This document shows positions 11,833 through 23,079 of a stretch of 23,725 nucleotides of DNA, in pieces. The stretch comes from Ginkgo biloba (lineage: Eukaryota > Plantae > Ginkgophyta): assembly GCA_024626585.2 (NCBI GenBank), contig JANKJI020000002.1, positions 119,900,075 through 119,923,799 of the forward strand. The letters run 5' to 3'. The translations under genes were made by a program, and so were the position numbers. The notes below the pieces were generated by a model, which saw nothing but the letters and a program-made list of their open reading frames with translations, was not told where the DNA came from and did no database searches. How positions within the stretch are numbered: position 1 is the first letter of the stretch; every line of letters begins with the position of its first letter.

Positions 11833-12005
11833 GTGGATTTGGGTCATATTTGGTTGCCATGGACCAAAGGACTTATAATTTGATTGGAGCTGATTATCCG
11901 GGTAACAGTGCTAAAGATGTTAAGAATCCTTCATTAGGGTGGATGATTGGCTTTATTTTCACAGTCAGTTTCCTCGGCTTGTTCAGTGTTGCCCCACTAA
12001 GGAAG
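11833..12005 (+). CDS. YSL: Internal exon of a Yellow Stripe-Like metal-nicotianamine transporter (OPT family), YSL4/YSL6-like
   Basis: Boundaries cattag|GTGGATTT...AGGAAG|gtacac (173 nt, phase 1 to 0). Encodes GGFGSYLVAMDQRTYNLIGADYPGNSAKDVKNPSLGWMIGFIFTVSFLGLFSVAPLRK, with the YSL hallmark GGFGSYL...GWMIGFLF.VSFLGLF..VPLRK and the YSL6-type LIGADYPGN. Confidence 0.92.
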
Positions 12006-12796
12006 GTACACATGCCAGATGTTTAAATGTCCTACATATTGTATGGCTGGTTTCTTTTTCATTTTCTTTTTCAGTACAATAGGCACCATAAGTTCTTGAG
12101 TAGTTAAAGAAATACAAAAAGAGTTTATGGATAATTAAGATTGGAAAGCTAAAGGCTATTAAATGATACTGGTTTCTTTGGTTGGTTTTGTGGTTAGTCT
12201 CCTTACAATGTTTGGTCAAGAGTGTCTAGAACATTAAATTCTAATCCTTGAAATTGTTTTCTATTCGGGTTACGAGGNNNNNNNNNNTATACCATTTATA
12301 TTTTGTCAAATTATTTCCCTTTTGCTAAAGTTAACGTGGCATTTGAATACAATTGTTAGCAAATGTCCCAACTCCTTAATCACCCCTTGAAAGTTTGATA
12401 CTAATGATCAAACAATAACCTTTATTGATGTTCATTGAGCGACTAAGAATATCAACAACAATGCTACTTTTGGTTTGTTTGATTGAATTCTTTTACTTTT
12501 TTAATTTGTCTAAATTTTGAGTTGATATAGACAGGATGAGACATACTTATCTATTATACAATTCTTTTGATCTTTACTTGTGAATGTTGGACTTCTAAGA
12601 ATAAAGAAAATTTAGCAAGTTTTTCTAATAGAAAGTGCTTGCAATGAAAGAAACAAATACNNNNNNNNNNNNNNNNNNNNNNNNNNNNNNNNNNNNNNNN
12701 NNNNNNNNNNNNNNNNNNNNNNNNNNNNNNNNNNNNNNNNNNNNNNNNNNNNNNNNNNNNAGCGTCTCCAACTTGTAGTATAATTATGGAGGCTTC

Positions 12797-13887
12797 TGTT
12801 ACAGCCAAGGAAAGTCATGCGAATCTTATCTTGGTAAGTGTGAATAAACCCAAGTTGTCTTTAGAGGCAAGCGCATGCATTTTATAGTTTTTGATGAGTA
12901 TTCTAGATAAAGTCATGAGGAGAGGGAAAATTGTGAAGAGAAAGTCCAAGGGGATGCTCCGGTTAGGGGTGCCTTCCTTCTTGATGTAATTTCAACGAGT
13001 GGAAAGCCACAAAGGGATTCTTAAGGTATGAGGGTGGCTTCAAGGATAAGTCTAGTTCTTATGTGGGAAATTGTCCTTGTTTTGTGTTATCTTAAGGAGC
13101 TTGTTTAGGCTTAGATAGCTCTTAAGACATTTTAATATTCTTTCTTGAATGTGTTCTATCACCTATGGACTATTTTCTAAATCCTTATCGAAGATCATCT
13201 ATCATGCAAGCCACATTTTCTAGGCATTGCTTACTTCTTTCATAACTGGAACCAGAAGATTCTCTTCTACAACAACTTCTACTATTGATTTTCACAGGGA
13301 AACTACTCAGATCTATTCCTTGGTTGAGGGTGACCTGATTGGAGGCATTAGGAGGAACTTTTACAACATTGGGAGGCCCAATGAATCTCATATAATAGTC
13401 ACTACTTTTCTGGAGGCCCAATGACCCGTTTCAGCACTAGTAGAGGACCCCAACTCTCTGTTTTAGGCTGGTTGTTGCAATTTTGCATTTTATAGCATTG
13501 GAGTATTTTGGAAGGCATCCTTCTTTAGTTCCTTTGTGTGGTTGTAATCTCTATAAGTATTTCTTGAGTTGTATCTCTATATTTCATTTCCAGAATACAT
13601 GAATGAAATAATTTTTTGTAGTTTCGGGAGAGATTTATATTTTTGTGTAGTATTTATGACATGGGATTCTAAGCACAATAAATGGGTGGAATACAACCCT
13701 GGAAGTAGGGAACTCTTAGTCATAAGGGTTATTTAGTGCATTTGGGTACAGTAGTGGTACTATGATGAAATTTAATTTATGCATGCTTATTGAATTTAAT
13801 TTTTGAAAATTTTCCCTACTTCATATTGTAAAAACCCTAACGACTTGGCTTAGGGAAGATAAAGATCCAAGTAGAGACCTTCCTGTG
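12797..13887 (+). repeat. LTR (upstream copy) of a chromovirus-type Ty3/gypsy element
   Basis: Starts TGTTACAGCC and is colinear with 14341-~15400 (e.g. identical GTAAGTGTGAATAAACCCAAGTTGTCTTTAGAGGC). Runs into an N gap. Confidence 0.85.
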
Positions 13888-13987
13888 NNNNNNNNNNNNN
13901 NNNNNNNNNNNNNNNNNNNNNNNNNNNNNNNNNNNNNNNNNNNNNNNNNNNNNNNNNNNNNNNNNNNNNNNNNNNNNNNNNNNNNNN

Positions 13988-14340
13988 TATTGTGGACCAT
14001 TCCAAGTTTTGAAAAAATTAATTGAAGCAACATATAGATTGCAGTTGCCAAAAGATATGAAGATGCACTGAAGATTTCATGTGAGTTTTCTCAAGAAAGC
14101 CTTGTCTAGCCATGACAATGTTCTACATGCATTTGTGCATGTACAGGAAGTAGAACACGAGGTGCATAATCCAATTGGTATATTAGATAAGAGGTCAAGA
14201 AGGTTGCAGAATAGGGATACTGTTGAATGTCTCATAGAATGGTCAAAAAATCCTTTGGAAGAAGCGACTTGGGAGTTGGCAACTTTTTGCCAAGAAGTTA
14301 GGCTCATTGAGGGCACTAGTCTCTGTAGGGCAGGGAGAGA
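13988..14340 (+). mobile_element. Chromovirus integrase C-terminus: GPY/F motif plus chromodomain (one in-frame stop)
   Basis: YCGPFQVLKKLIEATYRLQLPKDMKMH*RFHVSFLKK...PIGILDKRSRRLQNRDTVECLIEWSKNPLEEATWE. Confidence 0.9.
14327..14340 (+). other. Polypurine tract (PPT)
   Basis: AGGGCAGGGAGAGA immediately before the LTR TG at 14341. Confidence 0.8.
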
Positions 14341-15544
14341 TGTTATAGCCCAAGAAATTCATGTAAGTCTTATCTCAGTAAGTGTGAATAAACCCAAGTT
14401 GTCTTTAGAGGCCAATGCATTCATTTTATAGTTTTTGGTGAGTGCTCTAGATAGAGTCATGAGGAGAGGCAAAATTATGAAGAGGTCTAAGGGGATGCTT
14501 CAATTAGGGGCGCCTCTCCTCTTATTGTAATTTCAACCAATAGAATGCCACAAAGGGCTCCTTGAGGTATGAGGGCAACTTCAAGGATACGCCTAGCTCT
14601 TATGTGGTGGATTATGCCCATCTTATGATATATTAAGGGGCTTGTTTAGGCTTTAGACAACCCTTACGACACTCTAATATTCTCTTATGAGGGCGTCATA
14701 TCACCTATGAATTATGTTTTGAATTTTAGTCCCTCCTCCATGCAAGTTGCATTTTCTGAGCACAATTTATTTTCTGCATAACTAGAACCACGAGATCCTC
14801 GTCTACAGCAACTTCTACTTCTTGTTTTCGTAGGGAGATTTCTCAAATCTATTACTTGCCTAGAGGCGACCTCATTGGAAGCATTAGATACATCTGTTGT
14901 TGTGTTTTGAGGCACAACAATCCTCACTAAGGAGTCGCAAAACTTTTGGCCACCCAACGACTTGTTCCAGCACTGTAATAGTGCCCAAATTCACCTTCTA
15001 TGCCAATCGTTGTCTCTCTCTTGGTTGATATTTGATGCCTTGCAACATCCAAGTATTCCAGAAGGTCGATTTCTTCGATCCTCTAGGTGAGCCTTGATTT
15101 TTGTGAGTATTTCTCGATCTGTAATGTGGTTCTTAATTTCCAGAATACATAAATTAAGTGCTTTTCTGCAATTTTAGGTAGATTTATTATTTTGTATTCG
15201 ACTCTTGAATAGAAGGGTTCTAAACCTTGCAATTGGATGCAATAGAACCCTAGATGCATTTAGAGACATTAGTTGCACTATGATGATTTTAATTTTGTGC
15301 ATGCATGTTGAAATTCAATTTCTAAATTTTCCCCATCTTACTACTGTAGAAAATCTAGCAACATGGCTTAAGATAGATAAGGCTCCAAATGTAGACCTTT
15401 CGGGGGATATTTGACTGTTATGTAAGGACTTGTATTGCACACTTAATTTATGGATGTTTTTCATTTCATAATGCATGACCAGTGTCACCTCACTCTTTTA
15501 TGCATTCTTCTCTATTAAACACAGGTCTAATTAATTTGTTTTGC
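14341..15544 (+). repeat. 3' LTR of the chromovirus (right end not resolved, gap follows)
   Basis: TGTTATAGCC follows the PPT. Direct repeat of 12797-13887. Confidence 0.85.
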
Positions 15545-15936
15545 NNNNNNNNNNNNNNNNNNNNNNNNNNNNNNNNNNNNNNNNNNNNNNNNNNNNNNNN
15601 NNNNNNNNNNNNNNNNNNNNNNNNNNNNNNNNNNNNNNNNNNNNCGAACTATCGCATGTTTGTAATCATCACATACCACATCTTGTTTAAGCATTTCGTC
15701 AAATAGTTAGTGTGTAATCTCTATACTCTCATAAACTTCAATGTCCTTTGCCTCAAGTTGTCTTCACCATGACATTGTCTTCACTTCTTCACCTTTCTGT
15801 TCACCTCTGTATAAGCTTCTTCATCCTCTGCACTAAAACCTCTTCATCTACATCTTCATCATCTTCCATTCACACTCATTGTTTCTGACCCAGAGCTTGG
15901 CACTTGAACCTGCAAGTGAATTGTACATATAAGACG

Positions 15937-17054
15937 TGCAACCTTAATTGCCTTGGTTCAATGTCAATTGGGATTTTAGCCCAGAATGTATAAATGGTGG
16001 GTTCAATGACCTCCCATCTTATAATAGTTTCAAAAGGGTATATTCTTAAGGTTCTGCTTGTACTTGGTTCCAGCATTCGAACTCCATCCAAACCAATATG
16101 GCAAAGAACATCCATGGGACTCTGTGCGCCAGAATCTGCCAACAACTTCACGCGAAATTTTTGCATTCCATTTCTTCCATCTTGTTGTGTTTCCGTCTTT
16201 GGCACAGCCCTTGTAATCTTAGAATTTCCTGACTCTTTTAAAGAGGAGAAACTCTCATTCCTTAATCTTCCATGGTCATCAAATCCTGACCAAGATTTTG
16301 AAGAAGTACCCCTTGCACCATAAGGTTCCACACGCTCCCCATTATAAGCATAAACATCACCCCCAAAACCATTGTTGTCCACATCAAATACACTCTTGTC
16401 ATAGCCACGGTCATTGCCGATGTTTTTTTCATAATATCCCCGGTCATTCCCTGCGGGTTTCTCATAGAATCCCTGCTCATTACCGTGCTGTTGCTGACCA
16501 TAACCACTGCGATCGTATCCCTTACTGCCCTCAAAGTATCCAGCATGGTCATAACCTGCAGATGCAGATTTTGCTGGTCCTTCATATAAATCAGCAGCAT
16601 ACGAAGAAGCCGATGTGAATCCCCATTCTCCACCAGAGCCATACGCAGGCGGATATGCGGGTGGATAAGATGGCGCAGAAGATGCAGCAGAAGGATTCCC
16701 ATAGCCAGCCGATCGGTCATATGGGTAAGGGCAATGATCAGAGGAGAAAGGGACGGTCGGAGGAGGTTGAATCGCAGTGGGGGCATAAGATGGGTCAGGG
16801 GCTAAGGGGGAAGCAGTGGAAGAGGGCAAAGGGACTGGTTGAGATAAATATGAATCAATACCCTGGACAAATGATCCCGGGGCATGAGAGTGTGATGGAA
16901 GGCTATAGGTTTGATGAGGGGTGTATTGTGGGTTTGGGTTGTAGGATGGGGCAGTAGGAGAGGGGTTAGGATTGGAATTGGGGATGGTATTAAGATTGGA
17001 TCCATAAGAGGAATAGGGGAAAGATGAAGAGGAATCCGAGGAAGAGTAATGGCC
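15937..17054 (-). pseudogene. FREE1: FREE1/FYVE1 homolog, N-terminal half (Pro/Tyr/Ser-rich region plus PH-like domain), intronless and 3'-truncated; probable retrocopy
   Basis: Uninterrupted frame with DVYAYNGERVEPYGARGT, FDDHGR, KITRAVPK and QKFRVKLLADSGAQSPMDVLCHIGLDGVRMLEPSTSRTLRIYP...FWAK..DIEPRQLRL, matching FREE1. Homology ends where QSNSYTTNTLLD is expected. The frame continues 19 unrelated codons to a stop at 15876-15878. The 5' end lies in a gap. Confidence 0.88.
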
Positions 17055-17174
17055 NNNNNNNNNNNNNNNNNNNNNNNNNNNNNNNNNNNNNNNNNNNNNN
17101 NNNNNNNNNNNNNNNNNNNNNNNNNNNNNNNNNNNNNNNNNNNNNNNNNNNNNNTGGTTATGGTCTCTACTCCA

Positions 17175-17412
17175 AGTCGACCTTCGTCTAATAGTCCCCT
17201 TGCTACTAACTTGTAAATTAATGCATTCTAATAATTGTGACCATAACTTAACATGTTTAAATATTTGCAATGGGTTTCCACTGCACTATGTATTTGTGGT
17301 TATTTCTCATATGCGAATGCATGACTTAAGTCACTTCATTACTTTATGTATAATTATGTATATTAGATATCAAGTACCTTGTTTTGCAAATATTAGTAGG
17401 GAAGGTTGTACA
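17175..17412 (+). repeat. Probable LTR terminal fragment
   Basis: Non-coding, ends ...AGGGAAGGTTGTACA (LTR-like CA end) close to where LINE homology stops. Confidence 0.35.
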
Positions 17413-17429
17413 TAAACACTCTTCCATAT

Positions 17430-18610
17430 CTTCTAATATAGCTGGTCAATATATATTTGCATCTAGACGAAACCAAAAAAGCTATTTACAATCCTCTTCT
17501 TTTTTGTGCTTCCATTATCATTTTTCCTGTTAATCTTGTTGCAGTAGCAATTTTTTCCAGATTTATTAGTCATAATGGATCTTCTTTCTAGGTTCAATTT
17601 CGCATGCCTGTAAGTTATTAAAGCATTAAGTTAATTTTTCATTTGTCCATTTAAATTTCCATATGTGTTCCCCGCTTTCAATTATCTTGTTCTCACCTTC
17701 TAATATATCATAAATTTCCTTTCTTTTAATCTTTATTGAATCACATAGTCATTTATCTCTTACTTATCTCTTAAGGAACTTTATTGATTTGGTATAGATG
17801 GCCTAATCATTATTCGAATTTTCATTTGTAGATCTCACCATTTTGTTGAAGCATTCCTTTTCCTCTCTCATATGTCTTCAAACTTTTGCACCCCTTACTT
17901 GTACCATCTTGTAACTGAGAACCATTAATTCAATGCCAAATGCACATCTTCCTCTTCCTCAACTTTAGACCACCATATATTCCTATGCATTGTACTGCTT
18001 CATCTCTCCAATTATCTCTATTCCTTCCAACAAAATAACATATTTTTGTGATGCTATCCAAATTGCTTGAATCATACCTAATCCTTGCACTTTCACTTTT
18101 TCATTTAACACAACTTTTCATGCAATTCTAGACTTTTTCCTCCAGCAGTGCCCCACCTTGTACATTCCTCCTAACCAACAATTTCCATGGTTCATCTCCT
18201 TCTACTACCTTCATTACCCATCTTGTAGACAATGCTTGCGCTCACCTCAATAAATTTCTTAACCCAAGTCCTTTATCTACCTTATTCTTACAAATGTACT
18301 TATCAACTTACATTTTGCACTGCTTACTTTTCTTTACCCTTTGACGACATATAATCTTTGGTTATCTTATCTCACCTTCCGATTTCATTATTTGCTAGGG
18401 CCCAACGAGAAGAATGATAGAGTGAAAGGGAGGCCAAAAACCTTTGTACAAACCACGATCTTCCTATTACAAGAAGAAATTTGTTTTTCACTTCCCGATT
18501 TTTTTTTCTTTTTCTAATCTTTTCTATCGTCAACTCCCATAGTTGCTTCATTGTAATCTCCATCCCCAAAAGGATTCCTAGTAACCTTGTTACCTCTGCT
18601 TTTTGCAAAG
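17430..18610 (-). mobile_element. L1-clade LINE ORF2 remnant (post-RT region to zf-RVT)
   Basis: Colinear motifs RLLGILLG...LWELTIEKI...IGRSWFVQRFLAS..YHSSRW, then ICKNKVDKGLGLRNLLR*AQALSTRWVMKVVEGDEPWKLLV (ICxPKxxGGLGlRnl...ALxxKW), then EIEPRKK and a decayed ExxxHLFW-like motif. Confidence 0.8.
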
Positions 18611-18881
18611 TGTTACTGTAATGAATCCAAGGAGAGATTCTTGAACCTCAAGAAATCGTTCTACAGGTGTGGAAGCGCTATTGGACGGTGGCGACTCATG
18701 CTTTGAGGGCAAATTATATTAAGAGGGCATGGTGTTACAAGTCAACAAAGCAAAGTGAAGCTTATCTCGAAAAGGTTGAAANNNNNNNNNNNNNNNNNNN
18801 NNNNNNNNNNNNNNNNNNNNNNNNNNNNNNNNNNNNNNNNNNNNNNNNNNNNNNNNNNNNNNNNNNNNNNNNNNNNNNNNN

Positions 18882-19743
18882 ATAGTCCCATTGACCTTTT
18901 CTGGTCATTAGTGGACATTAATAAAATTTCTTTCTTTCTTTCTCTAAGGAATTCACTTTTAGGTCAAGCTTTGCAATATGCACTTTCTCTACTCTAATGA
19001 TTTCTCCAGTAAGATAAAATTTGAAGATTGTTTCCCTTGTAAGGCTTTCGATTACCCCACTTACTATACATATGCCAATTTCTCTTTAGAGGTGCATCTA
19101 ATGAATCCAAAGCAAATTCAAGTAAAGGTGGTTTGACCCAAGTCTTTGACCTTCAAAGAATTTGGTTTTGCACCAATTTTTGCAAAATTCAGGCTCCACT
19201 TGCAAGTCGCTTTATTTTTGCTCCATGAATTCATTTTCAACTCAAAATCTGCAAGTCATACTTGCACTTACTCAAGTGATGTCACCTGTAAGACAAAATA
19301 TGAAGGTCATTACCTTGAAATATTTCCAAATGCTTATGATGAAGTCAAGAAGTGCCTTTTCTTGCAATTCACCGGGTTACCTCTTAGTGTAAGCTATATT
19401 AATGATGAGAGAGAAGACAAAGGGTGCAATAGAAGTTGGATTTCTATACATGATGCTACAAATGAGTCTTCCAACCCTATTTATACTTCTTCTCTATTAT
19501 TGAGTAGGTCCTCAAATTATTTTCCTAAGCTAGCATCATATTCTATGTATGTGCTAATCCCTAGGGTGCCTTAGAAAGTCCCCCCGAATCTTAGTAACAC
19601 TACAACTTTTTTAGCCCTTAGTAGGGCCCATTCTTACTTATATATGGTCATGTAATCACTTCTTTCAAAGCTATTGCCTAGAGTAATGTCGTGAGAACTT
19701 GTGTTGCATTTGACCTCATTTCATAGGCTTAAAGCCTTTTACA
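18882..19743 (-). repeat. Probable LTR, minus orientation
   Basis: Begins TGTAAAAGG at 19743, at the point where the upstream gene's frame ends. TATAAATAG box at 19477-19485. No credible coding. Confidence 0.5.
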
Positions 19744-21178
19744 ACCCCCAATGCTTTCTTAAGTCTTCCTTGGTTTTCCATAGTGCCTTGCATAAGGTTT
19801 TTAAGTTGGACACTAGCATATCATGTTCCCGAGAGCTGATATCTTGCATTTTCCTCTGATTTCTCTCCATCAAATGTGTTGCTTTTGTTGGAGCTGTAAC
19901 ACAACCTACTATGCAATGGACAATAAACATGGCAACTATTAGAGAGCCATTAATTGTCGCAAAATATATAACTTTATGGATCAGTGCAAATGAATTCGTT
20001 TGCCTCTATCAAGGGTAAGTGAGATCAATAGATTTGTTATGGTCTATGTTGGGTATCGTCTGCCATTTCTCATCTATCCCACTAAAGCCTTGAAGTTCCA
20101 AATTCCTAATGAAGAAAATTATAAATTTAAATAATTATTGTACTGCCCAATTCATTTTCAAATGCCCTGGTTCTTACATCCCTGATCTCACATACCCATC
20201 CTTCTTGGACCAACCACTGTCTTTGCGTAGAGATGATGAAACGTGCAACAGATAGTTGCATTTACAGGTATATCCATCATACTCTAAAATCAATGAGGTA
20301 CTGCCATATTCTTCATATAATTAACTTACCAACACTTATCTACCACCTACACTGTGGGAATAGTCTGAAGGTGTAGGCCAAGGGCCCTCTTTGGGACTTA
20401 ACAAGTTCTGGGCTTAGTGGCAAGTGTCCTCTAAGGCTTTGGTAAAGTTATTGCCGAAAGATTCCCAAACAATAAGTCTCAATCTGGCCCTTTATAAACC
20501 CAAGAAATGCACCCAAAATTGGTCAACATCCAGTCCCTTCCTGATTAGAAATTTGATTACAGCCTCCCAAGCTTCCTATGGTGTGTTGTTGTAGTTTTCA
20601 ATCCAATTCATGGAGGATCAGTTGGACGTAGGAGGCCTGACACCTCAATACAGACCTACCTATCAACACAGGCTTCCTGTCATGCTGTAGTTTGAATCCA
20701 GCTCGTGAAGGAATTGTCTGTACACACAAAGCATGTTTCCTTGACCAAAGTTTCCTGTACTACCATCATCTCCAACAACAACAATAGCAAGAATGGTGTT
20801 AACTAGAAAGAGATTCATTCTCTGAAATCACAAACCAGTAACCATTCATGAATGAATTGGAATGGATGTGCTGACACTATAAACTTAAGGTGACAAGCAT
20901 CATATAAAGAAATGAGGTAAACAGCAAGCCCGGATTGTCTTTATTAATCAAAGTAATTCATACCTGACGTCCTTCCTGATCATTTCCCAAAATAGTGCAT
21001 TCTTCAAAGGATGCTTCCATATGTTTCTGTGCAAGGAGGCAGCAGTTGCAAAGATTATCCAGTTACAACTTTACAAGCAATCCCATCACTTCAGTTCTCA
21101 TCCTCAATAGAAACATGTACATAAAACATACAACTAACCCCACTATTTAAAATAGTCCCCAAGTATTTGATTAATAAT
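19744..21178 (-). pseudogene. Decayed five-exon gene with weak FYR-domain-like motifs, possibly transposon-borne
   Basis: Exons 21178-20964, 20821-20330, 20220-20196, 20105-20004 and 19908-19744. Introns of 142, 109, 90 and 95 nt (GT-AG x3, GC-AG x1) with matching phases 0,0,1,1. In-frame stops are mostly TAG/TAA explainable as C>T from Gln codons. A few frameshifts are needed within exons 1-2. Confidence 0.55.
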
Positions 21179-23079
21179 CTAAAATATCATTTGGCTAGCC
21201 TAGGCATATTCCTCACACAAAAATATTAACCGTCAATGTTTCCTCATCTCTTAGGAGACCCAAACATGGCCACGTCAATTATCTTACAAGGCATGCTAGT
21301 AAGGTTGAAGTAGCCCTTTGGATGTAAGGCTCTTTTGGTTGTATCAACTTTTAGTGTTATTGCTAATCTGGGATTACATTAGCAAAGAGTGTAAAGACTA
21401 TGTTTTATGTCTAACAATAGCAATATGCTATCTATTATGCTGTATATCTCATCCTAATTTGTTTATCATTCAATTAAAAACAAATTCTGTGGTAANNNNN
21501 NNNNNNNNNNNNNNNNNNNNNNNNNNNNNNNNNNNNNNNNNNNNNNNNNNNNNNNNNNNNNNNNNNNNNNNNNNNNNNNNNNNNNNNNNNNNNNNNNNNN
21601 NNNNNNNNNNNNNNNNNNNNNNNNNNNNNNNNNNNNNNNNNNNNNNNNNNNNNNNNNNNNNNNNNNNNNNNNNNNNNNNNNNNNNNNNNNNNNNNNNNNN
21701 NNNNNNNNNNNNNNNNNNNNNNNNNNNNNNNNNNNNNNNNNNNNNNNNNNNNNNNNNNNNNNNNNNNNNNNNNNNNNNNNNNNNNNNNNNNNNNNNNNNN
21801 NNNNNNNNNNNNNNNNNNNNNNNNNNNNNNNNNNNNNNNNNNNNNNNNNNNNNNNNNNNNNNNNNNNNNNNNNNNNNNNNNNNNNNNNNNNNNNNNNNNN
21901 NNNNNNNNNNNNNNNNNNNNNNNNNNNNNNNNNNNNNNNNNNNNNNNNNNNNNNNNNNNNNNNNNNNNNNNNNNNNNNNNNNNNNNNNNNNNNNNNNNNN
22001 NNNNNNNNNNNNNNNNNNNNNNNNNNNNNNNNNNNNNNNNNNNNNNNNNNNNNNNNNNNNNNNNNNNNNNNNNNNNNNNNNNNNNNNNNNNNNNNNNNNN
22101 NNNNNNNNNNNNNNNNNNNNNNNNNNNNNNNNNNNNNNNNNNNNNNNNNNNNNNNNNNNNNNNNNNNNNNNNNNNNNNNNNNNNNNNNNNNNNNNNNNNN
22201 NNNNNNNNNNNNNNNNNNNNNNNNNNNNNNNNNNNNNNNNNNNNNNNNNNNNNNNNNNNNNNNNNNNNNNNNNNNNNNNNNNNNNNNNNNNNNNNNNNNN
22301 NNNNNNNNNNNNNNNNNNNNNNNNNNNNNNNNNNNNNNNNNNNNNNNNNNNNNNNNNNNNNNNNNNNNNNNNNNNNNNNNNNNNNNNNNNNNNNNNNNNN
22401 NNNNNNNNNNNNNNNNNNNNNNNNNNNNNNNNNNNNNNNNNNNNNNNNNNNNNNNNNNNNNNNNNNNNNNNNNNNNNNNNNNNNNNNCTGATAGATAAAT
22501 AAAATAAATAGAGGAGGTAAACACGAAGTGCTAGGCAGTTGTAAGCAATCAGCTAGTCTATATATCTTTATCAACACTGCCCAAGATTTGTTGAGGATAT
22601 CCCTCCCCTAGGTCCTTGTTATACAACCCTGGGAGATAGTCTAGTGAAGTCCCCCAATCAGTTCTGAAATTATTGTTGAAAATCAGTTATGAAAATATAG
22701 TTGTGAAAGTAGCATCCAAAGATGAAGTGATTTTTCGAATCACAACCTTAACGTAGATCCATGGACCTAGCCTTCTCAAGTTTGCCAATAATTTTGGTCA
22801 GTGGATGTTGTCAAAGTGCCTAAACCATCTTGTGTTACAGTTCCCTACTTTCACCTACAACACTTGCCCACAACACAATTGAAGGCATTCTTTAATTGTT
22901 AAAATTAAAATAAACATTGGTGACTACAAACCTTACTGTGGCAAGGTTTGATTGTTGTAACAAACTTGCATCATTGAACATCTCATAATAACAAGGTATA
23001 TTAGTGTAGCATGATTAGTGCTTAAATAAATTCATTTTTTCAGGGTAGGTAGAAGGCTAGATAAGATTTCACTCCACAA

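Noticed and set aside
15994-17005. Overlapping alternative-frame and antisense ORFs within FREE1
   Set aside because: Shadow ORFs of a GC-richer coding region, with no recognisable motifs.
17055-17270. N-terminal MQIFKHVKLW... part of the 464-aa ORF
   Set aside because: Joined to FREE1 only through a 100-N gap; unrelated repeat-like sequence.
19146-19574. 142-aa plus-strand ORF
   Set aside because: Lies antisense within a probable LTR and has no protein motifs.
21318-22577. Long ORFs of 350-394 aa
   Set aside because: Artefacts of the ~1-kb N run.
22656-22710. Short degenerate GTT.TGAAA repeats (CRISPR- or minisatellite-like)
   Set aside because: Few irregular copies, no spacer structure, eukaryotic context.
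22833-22845. TGTTACAGTTCCC, identical to the LTR terminus at 7641
   Set aside because: Only 13 nt match and similarity does not extend; it may be a related LTR end but is unsupported.
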